Below are positions 13,691-27,499 of a stretch of DNA of 64,000 nt, piece after piece. A program made the position numbers and the translations under genes. The notes below the pieces were generated by a model, which worked only from the letters and a program-made list of their open reading frames with translations, did no database searches and was not told the DNA's origin. How positions within the stretch are numbered: the stretch's first letter is position 1; each line of letters starts with the position of its first letter. This DNA is from Octopus sinensis (Eukaryota), in assembly GCF_006345805.1 (NCBI RefSeq), contig NC_042998.1:206212001-206276000 (forward strand), given 5' to 3'.

Positions 13691-14789
13691 TGTTTTTTTC
13701 CATGCTGGTATGGGTTAGACAAGGCAAGTTGTGGGAGTATTCCATAGCTGGATTCCATTGTCAACATGTACTTGTTTCCATAAAGGTACTGCTTATTCCT
13801 CTGATCTTTTTGCACAATGAACCAGAGTATTGAGTTCAACTCCAGACAGTAACCACATCCAACGGATGGCCTGCAATAATCTATTCTAGGTTCAAGTGAA
13901 CCACAGATGTTCAGTAAGCAATGATGTATCACAAACTTTCAAGGAGAAAATCTTTTCAAAACATGGACTGAATAAACATCAAAGTGGATCTCCACCTGCA
14001 TTAGAGTGAACGTTTATATATTTATAGCTTCTCATTATGTTGGACATTTCGTATACTAATAGTTTGCTCCACAATCACCAACTTCCAATAATTTATTGCA
14101 TGAATGGCATATATTTTGCATATTATATATTCTATCAGTTGTTCATAATATAGGAAAGTATTTTTACAACTACACACACACATATATAAAGAAACAGACT
14201 ATAAGCTACAATAATAGAAAATCAGGAACATCTCTTTTAAAGGAGATTAAAATTAGATTTAATAAAATATTGAAAATTTTATCTCAACAAAGTTTAAGAA
14301 ATATATCTATAGAACAGGAGTGAATGAGTGAGTGTATGTGTGCACGTGTAGATGTAGTACGGCCAAATATCTAAGGTTGCTTCACAATCACAAGGTCTTG
14401 GGTTTGATTCCACAACAGCTTTAGCTCAACCCAACTCTTGTTAGTAAAACTGAAAAGATGAGGGTAATTGTGTGGAAGTTTGTAAGATGAATTTAGAAGT
14501 CCAGCCTTATCACTAGGACTCTGAGGACAGTAAAAACTAAATGTAATGTAATGCATTAAAAAATCAATTCCACAGATTTTGAGTGCTACTGTTTTGTGAG
14601 CAAGATTTGGTAGAAATAATTGTTTCAAAGGCCAAAAAATTAGTAAATTTTGGATCCGGATTATTTAACCCTTATTATATAGCCATTTCTTTGATATAGG
14701 TTTTTGTACTGACCAGATCTGAGGATGGTGCAAAGTCCTCTCTCAACCCAAGGTAATGTGATGGTGGAACAATGTAGTTGACAGGGCCA

Positions 14790-16100
14790 TTAGGGAAAAG
14801 AAACAGGCATGGAGGGACTAGAAGAATAGTGGTAGCAGGGAATTGTATCAGACTGCCAGAAGGGAAGCAGAAAAAATTTGCCAATGTTCTGTGTCGTGAG
14901 GACCAAAGACTTGAAGTGTTTTGTGTTACAAGACAGTGTGTGAGAGAGAATCGTGATGTCATAGGAGAGAAATGTGTCCGCATGGATGATGGCTCACTTG
15001 CATTTAATGAGGCTGCAAAGAAAGAGACGTGGAGACGCCACTAAGAAAGGCTGCTAAATGAAGAGAATGAATGGGAGAAAGAGAGTCTGCTGAATGTCGA
15101 CCCAACAGAGGGACCAGCTATCCACATTGACAGTACCTTAGTAGATAAAGCAATTAAGGGTATGAAGACAAGGAAAGCCCCTGGCCCATCAGGAATCACC
15201 ACTGAGATGCTTAAAGTATCTTGGGCAAAGTTCAGAGAGCTCCTACCTCTGCTGGTGACAAAGGGCCTCTTGCCCAGATTAAAAGGTAGACTGTATGACG
15301 CATGTGTGAGAACAGCCATGCTACATGGCAGTGAAACATGGGCCGTGATGCTCAGGACATTCATAAGCTTGCAAGGAATGCAGCTAGTATGTTCCACTGG
15401 ATGTGTAATGTCAGTGTGCATACATGACATAGTATAAGCACCCTGAGAGAGAAGTTGGACATAAGAAGCATCAGATGTGGTGTGCAAGAGAGATGACTGC
15501 ACCAGTATGGATAAGGACAGCTGTGTGAAAAAGTGTCAAACCCTAGCAATAGAGGTAGACCCAGGAAGAGCTGGGATGAGGTGGTCAAGCACGACCATCG
15601 AACGTTGGGCCTCACAGAGGCGATATCAAGTGACCGAGACCTTTGGAGATACTGCGCTTGAGAAGACCCAGCAAGCCAAGTGAGACCGTAACCGTGACCT
15701 ATGCCAGTGCAGTATAACCGGTCCATTTAAGAGTACCCTTCAGTCATTGAGCAATAAACTGTGCTTGCAAAGACCTGCTGAGTCAAATGAAGTCATTGTT
15801 GTGGTTGATGTTAGTGGCACGTAAAAAGCACCATTCAAGTGTGGTCGATGCCAGTGCTGGCTGACCGGTCTCGTGCCGGTGGCACGTAAAGAGCACCATT
15901 CGAGCATGGGTGTTGCCAGTGCTGTCTGACTGGCTCCCATGCTGGTGGTATGTAAAATGCACCTTTCAAGTGTGGTCGATGCAAGTACCGCCTGACTAGC
16001 CCTCATGCTGGTTGCACATAAAAAGCTACATTCTCAGAGTGGTTGGCGTTAGGAAGGGCATCCAGCTGTAAAAAGCTTGCCAGATTAGATTGGAGCCAAT
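14790..16100 (+). mobile_element. RTE LINE with a large internal deletion removing the RT core
   Basis: GPSGITTEMLKVS is fused directly to WAKFRELLPLLVTKG. The 3' UTR carries ~4 copies of a ~60-bp TGGCACGTAAAAAGCACC unit. Confidence 0.8.
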
Positions 16101-16340
16101 AATAATAATAACTCCTACTTTTCTGCACATCAAACAAGACCATTTCCCTAAAGGTACCAGGGCCCTGTCTTCTTTTCTACTTACTAAAACTTTCAACTTT
16201 ACTAAGTTTTAGTAAGTAGAACCTCTTGGTTCTAGGTTTAACTTTCATACCTGCAATTTCCTCTCTAATTTCCCTTATAAATTCAGCTATGAGAACTAAA
16301 TCATCAGCACAAAGGAGTTCCCATGAACAACCAACCTTAA

Positions 16341-19300
16341 CCCTTTCGTTACCATATTTCTAACATAATCATAAATTTAGACTGGTTTCATTAAACAACT
16401 CTAACTTTTTTATTTAGCAACATATTAATGCGATTTTTGGAAAAAAAATTAACAAAAGATTCTCAACCAATTCTATTCCATAATTTTTGTCTCAAAGTGA
16501 CTCTAATTACAGGTAAATTCAACAAAACATAAAATTATTTAAATTTTGCTTAAACATTGCTATAGAAAATAGGTTATTAACTAATATTCAATTGGGTATA
16601 CAACAAAATTTTACTATAGAAGAGTTGTGCACATTACTGGATTTATTGGGTGAATTTAACACACAAAAGACAGGTGTACCATAAAGGTATAAATAAAACA
16701 AAAGACTGGAATTTGTCTGTGAAGAAAACTAGAAAACAAAATACACACACACCATCAACTAGATTAAATAAGCTCTCCCACATACATAGATACACAGAAG
16801 TATACAATAATGATTTACAAAAGAAATTAATCAAAATTTGTCACTCACCTTACAGGTAAATTAAAATTACACGTAAAGAAAAATAAAAACGAAGTAAATT
16901 TGAAAATCAAATCACACATATACAAATCAAACAATATTCCTATCATGAAAACTTGTAAAGCACCCTACTCTACATAATGCAACCTTGCAGAATGCACATA
17001 GGAAAGTTGTTTCAACAGCCCTTCCACTAAGAGCTTTCCTTTTTTGATGAAGGCATTGGTGACGCTGTTTTTTGTGACCCTTGATTTTTTCTAATTTATG
17101 GAGATTGACTGAATTCAGAGGGATATCCCTCTGGCAGGCTTTGTATCCCACCTAAACTTCTCAATCTTATCAAAGCTTATTACCACTCAACAAGATCCCG
17201 CATACGCATATACGGTGAAGTGTCGGAACCCTTCGAAATACGGTCTGGCGTTTGGCAAGGATGTGTTCTTTCACCGACTCTTTTCAATTACGCCATCGAC
17301 TGGATCACCACAAATGCATTAAGGGAGTTCCCTGGTATCACTGTTGGTCACAACTTTTCCATCAAGGATCTAGACTATGCAGATGACATTGCGATACTTG
17401 GCGAAACATTTGCTGACGTCCAGTTTGCTATCAATGAGCTCAAGTATGTTGCATTGCAGATTGGTATTAAAGTCAATGCCTTGAAGACCAAAATCCTCAC
17501 AGCCAGCTTCGCCCCACCAGACAAAACACCCATTGTCCTCAATGGTGATATTCTTGAAGAGGTTGAGAGTTTCAAATACCTTGGCACCATCATTACAGCC
17601 ACAGGTCAAGGTGAGGCTGACATTAAAACACGAATCGACCTCGCTCGCCAAGCCTTCAACCAACTCAATGCACGACTCTGGTCAAGATCTGAGATCTGAC
17701 ACACCACCAAAGTATGGATCTACCAAGCACTAGTGCGAACGATTCTCCTTTACGGCAGTGAGTCATGGCCGATGAAGTTGGAAGATATTAAGCGGCTAGA
17801 ATCCTTCGATCACTTCTGTCTACACCGCATCCTTTGTCTCCAACAATTCGGTGCGACACCAGTGCAAAATCACCTCCCTCTGACAAGTCATCCTAACGAG
17901 ATGTCTGCATTGGCTGGGTCATGCCTTCTGTCGTCAACCAGGAGAATTCATCTACGAAGCAATTGCTCCAGCTCCCCTTCAGGGTTGGCGAAAGCGATGT
18001 GGTGGACAACGAAAAACCTGGCTGATAACAGTCAAGGCTGATCTGTAACCCAACCTAGGCCCCCATGTCTATGGCATTCGCTGCTGGAATAAGGAGTGGT
18101 TGGAGATCATGTGGTCGTTAGCCTCAAATCGCCAGGTCTGGTTGGCGTTTGTGATAGATGCAGCATTGAGGAAGACTGAAGCCAGCTCAATCCACCCCGG
18201 GTGAATGCTGTCTCAAGACAAGAAGAAGACTACTCATATACCTGTTATAATCGAGGTTCACAAATGGCATGCCATTTTCATCCACATGTGGCTATGCACA
18301 GGTAGACTGAAAATTGATCTGCCTCTTATCTCTGTATGCGGTTGCAAGCAAATTTCCTTTCTGCTGCTGAATTATTTCACCTTTTTTTGTTAATTTTGCT
18401 TTTTTATATCCTTTTCTACTAGCGATCACTGTAGCACATGTATGTGTTGCCACAGTATCTAAATTCTCCACAAGTTTGACCGAACAGAAAACTCGGTCAA
18501 AAAATAATATATGGCTCTGATTATGGTATGGAAGTGATAAATTCCAGACCACATCATACCCCAGGCCATGCTGACTTACATAATTGTCTTTTTTGCCAGT
18601 ATAAAATTCAAATCCAGAGCAGTGCCCAGTATTCGATTCACAAATCTTCCAAACTTTGATCCCCCACTTTGTGGCCTTTCCTGGCATATATTGTCAAAAA
18701 TGCACTCAGCCTTTATAGCCCACCATACCCTCATCAATAATAGATAAATATCTCTCTGGTTTATAAACTGTTTTATATGTGTTTTGAACACAGTCAATGA
18801 GGGGTCTTATTTCAAATAAGGGATCAAAGTCAGGTTCTCCATGTACTGGTGTACTGCTCGTGTCTCTTATATGTAGATATTGAGTCAATTTTAAAAACTG
18901 TGTCCTCATCATTATACTTGAGACATATTCGTCTCCAAATGGTTCATCACTACTCCAGTAATTTGTAATTCTGGGTAGCTTTCTAATGCCCATAATAACA
19001 TTTATGGCAAAATATGCCTTAATTTCATTTAAGCTTGTGGGAAACCACAAACTATCCTTTTTTTCACTTTGTTTACTTTCAGCGTAATGATTTGTTTCTG
19101 CCGTAATGATTTCAAATAAGCTCATAGGTAAAAGTAGAAGGAAATAGTCTAAAGCTTTGCTCTCCTGAGAAAGACAGTGACTTGGTCCAGTTTCTTCAGA
19201 AAAATCACTAAAAGAAAGTTTAAAATTTTTTACTCCATTCAGGTGCCATGTCATTTTCTTTATTGCTGTCATCGGAGCTCTCGGATTCACTGCTTTCACT

Positions 19301-19722
19301 TTTGGAAAATGAAACATCGGATTCATTATCAAATACCATGTGTTTTTTTTGTCAGTTATAGAGTTAGATTTATCAAGGTCTTCAGTGGAAAATCCTTTAA
19401 ATTCTGACTCGCTGCTTGACAGAATGAAATTGGTATCCATTTTTTTTGTCAGAACTACAAATTTTCAAAACACAACAGAAACAAATTTGGAAAAAAAATC
19501 TCCCAAAATTCACAGAATTAAAATAACACGTCAATCATTGTCCAAAACTGTAGCTCAGTTGTTTATACAGTATAATCACGTATTTTCATGAATGTACTTA
19601 CGAGATTTGCACTGATATTCTCATTTAAATATGAATATGTGGTTATGGGTGGTTTTGGGTGGCTTGATCACATGAACCAAAATTTTTTGTGGGTGTCTTT
19701 GGGTGGTTTGGTAACAAAAGGG
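16341..19722 (-). mobile_element. piggyBac DNA transposon, defective, both termini present
   Basis: TTAA at 16337-16340 and 19723-19726 flank inverted termini CCCTTT(C/T)GTTACCA. Transposase fragments at 18706-19440 (YWS, IDEGM..YKG), 18292-18687 (KWGIKVW, FFDR.F) and 16927-17151 (Cys-rich C-terminus). Confidence 0.92.
17145..18229 (+). mobile_element. 5'-truncated RTE LINE of a second family, nested in the piggyBac
   Basis: GVWQGCVLSPTLFN, LDYADDI, FKYLG and LLYGSESWP; no PHD insert; CAAGAAGAAG-type tail. Confidence 0.9.
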
Positions 19723-20234
19723 TTAAACACCTCTGCTGATGGCCTGCAGGAATATGATGAATAGGACTGAAAACTGAATTTTGATGGACTCAACCCGTAT
19801 GCAAAATTCTTGAATTATATTGCTGTCAACTCTCTTTTTACTTACTGTATCTTTGTATATGGCTTATACAGCTATCAAACAAGCCATTCATTAATGCCAA
19901 GTTTTCTTAATGACCATCAGATTACTGTACATGATACCCTATCAAATATCATTTCCAAATCAAGGAAAGCCAGGAATAATGGTTTACTGTTAGCCAAGTG
20001 TTTCTTTTGCAGTTGCCTCATTAGGAAGATTTTTTCCAAGATTCTACTTCTATGTATGAAACCAAGCTGCATCGCATGTAGCTCAACCCTGTTACAAATC
20101 AATTGTGTTGTGATGTGATCCTGTAATTTGATTCCTTTATAGTTGCTTCTCTCAAAAGCATCTCCTTTGTCTTTGTAGCAATTCCCATACAAAGTACCTT
20201 GGATCACAGGATGGCCTACTGTGCTTGAAGAGAC

Positions 20235-20612
20235 CTATTCAGTCAAGTACATCAACATCAAATAAAAATCAAATGGAAATTGTAATTGTGATATCTGTGC
20301 CGGTGCCACGTAAAAAGCACCATCCAAACATGGCCGATGCCAGCGCCACCTTGACTGGTTTCCGTGCTGGTGGCATGTAAAAAGCACCAACCGATCGTGG
20401 CCATTACCAACCTCCCTTGGCACCTGTGCTGGTGGCACGTAAAAAGCACCCACTACACTCACGGAATGGTTGGTGTTAGGAAGGGCATCCAGCTGTAGAA
20501 ACACTGTCAGATCAGACTGGAGCCTGATGCAGCCTCCTGGCTTCCCAGACCCTGGTCGAACCGTCCAACCCATGCTAGCATGGAAAATGGACGTTAAACG
20601 ATGATGATGATA
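20235..20612 (+). mobile_element. RTE 3' UTR/tail fragment, inverted relative to the copy at 12113-12480
   Basis: Reverse complement aligns by eye with 12113-12480; ends GGACGTTAAACGATGATGATGAT. Confidence 0.85.
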
Positions 20613-21296
20613 ATGACTGCCATTCAGTTGGTATGACTCCTTGCATAACTTGATTAACTCTCTGGTTGGTAATCATGTAATCTATATCACTGGACATTTT
20701 GAGCATCTTTGCAACTATCCCTGATGGACAGGCTGCTTTCCTTCCACATCCTTGATTGCCTTATCTACTATGCTGATGTCAACTTGGAATTGTTGGTCCC
20801 TCTGTAGGGTCAGCATGAAATAGCCCCACTTTATCTCATGCATTCTTCATGTTTGATGCCACCTTCTTGTCCTTCATATCAATGGCAAGTATGCCTTCAT
20901 CATTCTTAATGCATTTTTCACCATGGCATCATCTTCTGTTACACACTATCTTGTGAACCTGAAAACCACACACCTCTGATGCTTATGTTGCAAGATATGA
21001 GCAAAACACTTCCTCTCAGCCTCACCTTAGCCAAAGATGACTTGCCAGCTAGGTGCCCTTCCAGCCATTTGATAATGCTCCCAACTACTGCCTTCCTCTC
21101 AGGTTTCCAAAGTTTGTCTCTTAGCTTTACTGCCCTATTAACAGTATCATTCCACCCTAAGCAAGCATATCAATGTATGCTGGATCCATGCTAATAAATG
21201 TCTATATTTAACAGCTATAGTCCCTGAAGCAAGTAAAGTAACATACATAAAAATGGGGGGAAGAATAACACCAGCACATTGATCTAAAGTACTTAC

Positions 21297-21422
21297 CTCA
21301 ATAACATTCGATACCAGATACGGCAAAGTTTTGTTCACTTTGATTTTCTCTTTGTTTTCTTTTATTTTGTCTTTCTGGGTTTGAAGTTCGTGTTTGATTC
21401 TCTGATCATCTGTCCTCATGAT
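21297..21422 (-). CDS. PSMC3: Rpt5 coding exon 3, [42 protein letters not shown]
   Basis: TTTTAG acceptor, GTAAGT donor, 126 nt. Contains the diagnostic [17 protein letters not shown]. Confidence 0.96.
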
Positions 21423-21479
21423 CTAAAATGAATAAAGAAAGAAATATATTCATTTTGAAATGTAACAAACTGTAAAGAA

Positions 21480-22400
21480 TTTCCATACCATCTCATTCTT
21501 GTTTGTTAGCAGTTTGATTTGGAAGAAACAGCAGTGGCCAGGATCTTTGTAGACTCTCCAAGAAGACTAATTAGATCAACATGGTTAATGGTGTTCTTGA
21601 ATTGCTGCAGGACAATAGTGTAGTGGGGTTGTAGAGTGGTAAAGTGGGTCCAGCAATACTGGTGTGCACATGCCACATTGTGAGGAGGCTTCCAACCCAT
21701 AAGACTGGCACTCATAGGTCGATATACAAGATGCAATTGAACTAGCTATCAAGTGCAACAACAGTTCCCTTGCAAAATTTCTCAAGGGCGAAAAGGCAAC
21801 TGGTGGGAGACATACAAGAACAAGTCTCCAGTGATAGTCATTAAGGTGGAAAAGGAATTTAAGGTTTTGGAAAAGGTAATTCTTAATGGATGTCTCCATT
21901 GTCTTTGAGAAGATGAGAGCAATGAGGTCAATAATTGCTCAAATTAGGGGATTCTTCTCCTTGGGAACAGTACAAATTGTATTGCTTTACTAAAGATTGT
22001 GATTGATTCTTGTAGAGAGAGGGATTGAGAAGTTTGCTAGTTCTGATGTGTATTGTTTGTATGTAATGGAAGGGACACTGTCAGGGCTGGTGGTCTTGTT
22101 GGTTTGAAGTAACTGGAGGCATTTTAGTTGCAGGAGTGATGAGGAAAAACATGTCTAAAAAAATGTTTTTCTAAAATGGCTTTGTCAAAGAAAGAGCAGT
22201 GTTTGTCTTGGTGTGTTGTGGGAGTTAACTGCAGACGACAGAGTGGTAGTCTGTAATCAAGGGCTAAATGGTAGTGTTAAATAAATCACTTGAGGAAAAG
22301 AAGAACAGTCCATCCAAAAGGATTCTACAGTTTATGGATGCTGTCACTGAAAGGTAACCATAACCACAGCAGAAGACTATGAATGATACGAAAGTGATGA
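21480..22400 (-). mobile_element. Decayed CR1/L2-type RT remnant
   Basis: Degenerate VPK...NY.PI...SKTMETSI motif across frames. Confidence 0.45.
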
Positions 22401-22677
22401 GGTCTCTTAAATGAGATGACAGAGTATTAGAATAAGTGACAATATGGAGTACAGCAGATCAGTCGACTCATACCTGCATGGAAAATGATGTCTTCAATAT
22501 ATAAAAACAAACACAGCAAACTTGTAAAGAATATTGCTAATTATGCATTTCTGGTAGTAGTAATTCTAATGGATTATGTAATTAAAATATTTCTTCAAAC
22601 TGCAACAAATGTAAAACTATAAAGAAATAAGTAGATCAAGAGGGAACCTTAAATAATAATGTTACATATTTACTTAC

Positions 22678-22758
22678 GCTAACTTCATTATCAAGCAGTC
22701 TGGTTCGGCTAATTATTTCATCTGTTGACATACGTAACACTTCTTCACCAAGCACTTC
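22678..22758 (-). CDS. PSMC3: Rpt5 coding exon 2, EVLGEEVLRMSTDEIISRTRLLDNEVS
   Basis: TTTCCAG acceptor, GTAAGT donor, 81 nt. Peptide matches the Rpt5 N-terminal GEEVL.MST.EI..RTRLLD.E motif. Confidence 0.93.
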
Positions 22759-23889
22759 CTGGAAAGCAATTACATTTCGATGAGCTAAGATTCTTGAATG
22801 AATATATATATAAGTACGTATGAGAACATGTTTAAACAAATTGTTGATTTAAACTATTTGTTTAAATAAATAGTTTAAACAAATAGTTGATTTCTTTTTT
22901 TATTTGTCTATCATATTTTCATTTAAAATATATAAATATAGTTGTTGAATTCAATGAAAAAGAAAATAATAGTTACAAACAAGTTCACCACCATTGTCAT
23001 TTAACATCCGTTTTCTACGCTGGAATGGGATGGATGATTTGATAGGAGCTGGTAACCTAGACAACTGTACTAGGCTCCATGTCTGTTTTGGCATGGCTTC
23101 TATGGCTGAATTAATATCATCTTCCTAATGAGATTATTGTAAGAAAAGAGCTTAGTGGTAAGCCTGTATATCTAACATTTATAGACCTGGAGAAGAAATT
23201 CGATAGTTTGGTCATCAGGTGGTTCTTAAGTAAGAGTAGAAGAATGGCTTGTGCAGCTGTACAGGCTATGTACAGAGGTGTAGTCAGCAAAGTAAGAGTT
23301 AACAATGAGTACAACAATACATTAAGTGTGCAAGTTGGGACCCATCAAAACTTGGCTGTCAGTTCTCTTCTGTTTATGGTTGCGTAGTTTCAGATTTAGT
23401 CCCACCACTTGACACCTTGAGGAAGTGTTGCCTAGAATGCACAGCAAAAAACTAAGCCACTGCCTGCTGTCCTCTACTGGTCAGATGTTAGAGATGTGGG
23501 CCCGCTAATATGGTCATGCACTCTAGAAATAAATCATTATGTTTGCATACATTAAAAAGTGTTTTAAAGATTTTTTTCTACTTTACATGTATTCATTTCA
23601 CCCATCTGACAGTTTTTACATCTAATTCAGGAGTAGGGGAGGGTTTATCAGCTTACAAGACCTATATGCAAAAAAAGGACTTGATGGAAGACATCTCTCA
23701 CTTGTAATACACGGACAGTAAATACTTCTCAACTGTAATATATTGATATTCTGGCTTTAAAAAATCGTTTTGCTTTAATGAATTAGCAGATGTTATTAGA
23801 TACAGATAATATCACAAGTAAATCAGATGGCAAAATGCTGCACAATACTGATGTCTTGCATAAAAGCATGGTGTCAAATTTGAAGGGAA

Positions 23890-24920
23890 AAAAAAACAGT
23901 CGATGACATTAATCCTGGAAGGATAGAAGGCAAAGTTCACTACAGTAGGATTTGCACTTAGAACATAAAGGGTCAAAACAAATATTGGTTTCAAATTTTA
24001 GCACAAGGCCAGCAATTTCGGGAGAAGGAATAAGTTGATTACATCAATCCCAGTGTCCAACTGGTACTTATGTTATCAACCCCAAAAGGATGAAAGGCAA
24101 AGTCTTGCCAGAATCCAAACTCTGAATGTAAAGACAGACGATATACCATTAAGCATTTTTGCCTGGCGTGCTAACAATTCTGGAGCCAAAATTAATGTCA
24201 CAAGGCGTTTTGTTTGATGTTCCAACGATTCTGTGAAAATGCTGAATAATAATAATACTTTCTACAAAGGGCACAAAGCCTGGAATTTGAGGGGAGGGGG
24301 AAAGTCGATTACATCGACCACAGTAATTCACACTATTTATTTTATCGACCCTGAAAGAATGAATGGCAAAGTCGACCTCGGTGAAATTTGAACACAGAAC
24401 GTGGAGACGAACAAAATGCCGCAAAAGCATTTTCCACGGCATGCTAACGATTTTGCTAGCTCGCCGTCTTGGAACCGAAACAAATGTTAGAAGGCATATT
24501 GTTTGATGCTTCAACGATTCTGTCAAACTGCAGAATAATAATAATGGTTTCAAATTTTTCCACAAGGGCAACAATTTAGGGGGAGGGGATGAGTCAATTT
24601 CATTGACCCTAGTATGCAACTGGTACTTATTTTATCGACCCCGAAAGTATGAAAGGTAAAATCGACCTCAGCGGAAGTTAAACTCAGAACGTAGCAGCAG
24701 ACGAAATATCTATTTTTTTACTACTCACAAGGGGCTAAACACAAAGGGGACAAACAAGGACAGACAAACGGATTATGTCGATTACATCGACCCCAGTGCG
24801 TAACTGGTCCTTAATTTATCGACCCCGAAAGGATGAAAGGGGCGGAATTTGAACTCAGAACGTAACGGCAGACGAAATACGGCTACGCATTTCGCCTGGC
24901 GTGCTACCGTTTCTGCCAGG
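23890..24920 (-). mobile_element. Head-to-tail cluster of 4-5 tRNA-derived SINE copies in PSMC3 intron 1
   Basis: Repeated core GTCGATTACATCGACCCCAG..ACTGGTACTTAT..ATCGACCCCGAAAGGATGAAAGG. On the minus strand the last copy has A-box TGGCAGAAACGG and B-box GAGTTCAAATTCC. Confidence 0.85.
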
Positions 24921-25796
24921 AATAAAACACGAATAAAAGCGAATTGAAACATTTTAGACAGGACTAAGTAAATAAAAGCAATGATTTTAGTTAAAAGGCA
25001 AAAAGCTATTAAACTAAATCGAATTAATTAAACAGCTGATACTTAATTTGGCTATCTTTCAAGCATTGTTGATCTAAATAGGTAAAACGTGGTGGTGGGA
25101 AAGCCGAGATGGTCATGACTAGAATGTCTCATGGGTCTCATCGATCGCAGTGGACTTGGTACAATACAAATTTTGTCAAGAGAGGGGTGGAGTTTAACCT
25201 CTCTCAGGAGAATAAACTAAATACTGCCAGTTCAATGTATGTCAAAGAGGGAAACCTCGATCTGTTGCAAAAAACAGTTAAATCTCCCTTAAATCACACC
25301 TTTTCTTAAATTTACCCCTCCTCACTACATTAGATAATTCAGTCTCTAATATAACAAAACAATGGGCTAGTTACGACTGGATACTCTCCTCCCGGTTTGG
25401 TGAATGATGGATGTGAGCTGGGACGAAACAATAGCAATCTTTATAAGAATCTTTAGACACATTCGCTTAAGAATATTTTTCAATATCATACACACGATTA
25501 AAGATAGTGAACAAATATGGAAGTTTTAAATATGATATAATACAAACTTTTATCACACCTTTATAATATTAAATTATCTGACAAATAATGTAATATTTGA
25601 GAAATGATAAAAGAAGAAAACAAGATTTTAACGCCATGACACAGCAAAATGTGGAGAAAGAGGAAGAAAGTGAAATAAAATATATTTGCAACGTTAATTT
25701 TCTTCCAAAATAAAACAAGTTCATATTCAATGAGCTAGTTAATTAGTTGTTACATATATAAGTAGATACATTGTGGCTTAATTAGAAAATATTTAC

Positions 25797-25838
25797 CTCG
25801 CCATCCAATAAATTTAAATTATCTCCAAGGGTCGCCAT
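25797..25838 (-). CDS. PSMC3: 26S proteasome regulatory subunit 6A (Rpt5), coding exon 1, MATLGDNLNLLDGE
   Basis: ATG at 25838, 42 nt open, ends at a GTAAAT donor. Phase 0 joins exon 2 in frame. Weaker sequence conservation than the other exons. Confidence 0.75.
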
Positions 25839-27499
25839 GTTTGCTGGATTGTAAACTTGTGCACACAAATTAGTGACGTGTACACATATTCGCTTCTACC
25901 TGTTTTGATTAATATTCTTTAAGAATAGAATAGATTCCTTTGTTTCGGTTTCGAATTTTATGGAGTTTGTTGAAAGAAATATAAAATAAAAGAGAAAAAT
26001 TAAAATATAAGTAATGGATATGATTATACTATTAACTTACGAGTAAATTCGACAAAACGCTTAACAATATCTAAATTGTAATGTCTCCCTGTTTAGTATT
26101 TGGTAGTAATACGAGTTGAGGGAGAAACAAGTCTTCATTCCAAACAAAAAAATTGTTTTAGAGTCGATTTGCGTTAAATGCAGCTATTTTCATAACGGTT
26201 ATTAAGAGAGATGGTCAAGCATGGTAAATAAACATCAAGTATTTTACTACTGACAGAGTGCTAGCTAGACCATTTATTAGTTAAAGAGGAAATGTCTCAG
26301 GGATGCTTTTGGCTTGAAATATAATAGTTAAGTACAGGCTAACATAATTAATATAAGTAAGCAAATAATTTTTAATTAATTGAAGTGTTAAGAAAATTTA
26401 TAAGCATTAATTCCTTTTCTTGTTCTTTTCCTGTTGCACAAGTTGCTGGTAGACCTCTCTAGTGCTAGTGGTATGAATAAGCACCTAGTAAAGTGGTTGA
26501 TGTTAGGAAGGGCATCCACCTATAGAAACCATGCTGAGGCTGACTTTGGAGTACAATGCAGTCCTGTGGCTCATCAGATCCTGTCAAACTCTCGGAACAT
26601 TCCAACACAGAAAATGAATGTTAAGTAATGGTGAGGTAAATTGTTTTCAAAGGGGCCGCAGAACCTCATTTGGCCCTGCCTACCTGAAATTGGAGACCAA
26701 ATTCACCTGCTTGTTACTTGTCAAGCAAGCAGGAAATCCTTTGTTTGCATTTATGCACCAGATGATTAATGGGAAACACTTGACCTCCAGGGACCTTGCT
26801 GGTTACAGAAAGGTCAGTCCTTTGTTTAGAATTTGACCAACTTTCCTGGCCACAGATATATAACAGAGATCATTTTCTTTCTTGCTCTCTTTTGTCCTTC
26901 ACTCGCCATACAAAGAGAAGCTGAAATCAAGAAAGGACGATGCCACTGATACCCTTTCTTCCTTTCTTAGCACAGTACATTCCCTACTCTTTCTCTCCCT
27001 ACTAGTAGACCACAACTTCCCCACTAGCAACTACCAACCAGCAGCTGAACCATTTGTCACTGTCTCTACGATTACTGCTGTTTTACTAATCACTTGTTGA
27101 GCAAATGTAAAATGTAAATAATATTCTTTCTTTTTTGATGTTACCCTTCAATGTTTTTCACTGATTTCTCTGTTGTGAGAACCTCAGCTACCCACTACAT
27201 TTGGTAGTTGGCTACATAATACCAACACACAACTTTAGCCACTACAATTGAGTAAGTAAAAGAGCTATAACATTTAAAATGGTTAAAAATTAAATGGAAA
27301 CAAATGGAGTGTAATAACTGTGATCTTAAATTACTGCAGTGACAACACCAAGAGAGCTTCAATGTGGGTAAGTAAACCAGATGGGAAAGCAGCCAAATGG
27401 CCTTCTACCTTCTTTTATTGGAAAGGTCAGGAGAAGAAGGCTATATCTGTTACCAATGCAAGTTTCCTGGGACTGGTGAGATCAATATGGTTATACGTT

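Noticed and set aside
19750-19800. ATGATGA...CTGA resembling a C/D snoRNA
   Set aside because: It is antisense to the host gene and has no terminal stem or recognisable guide.
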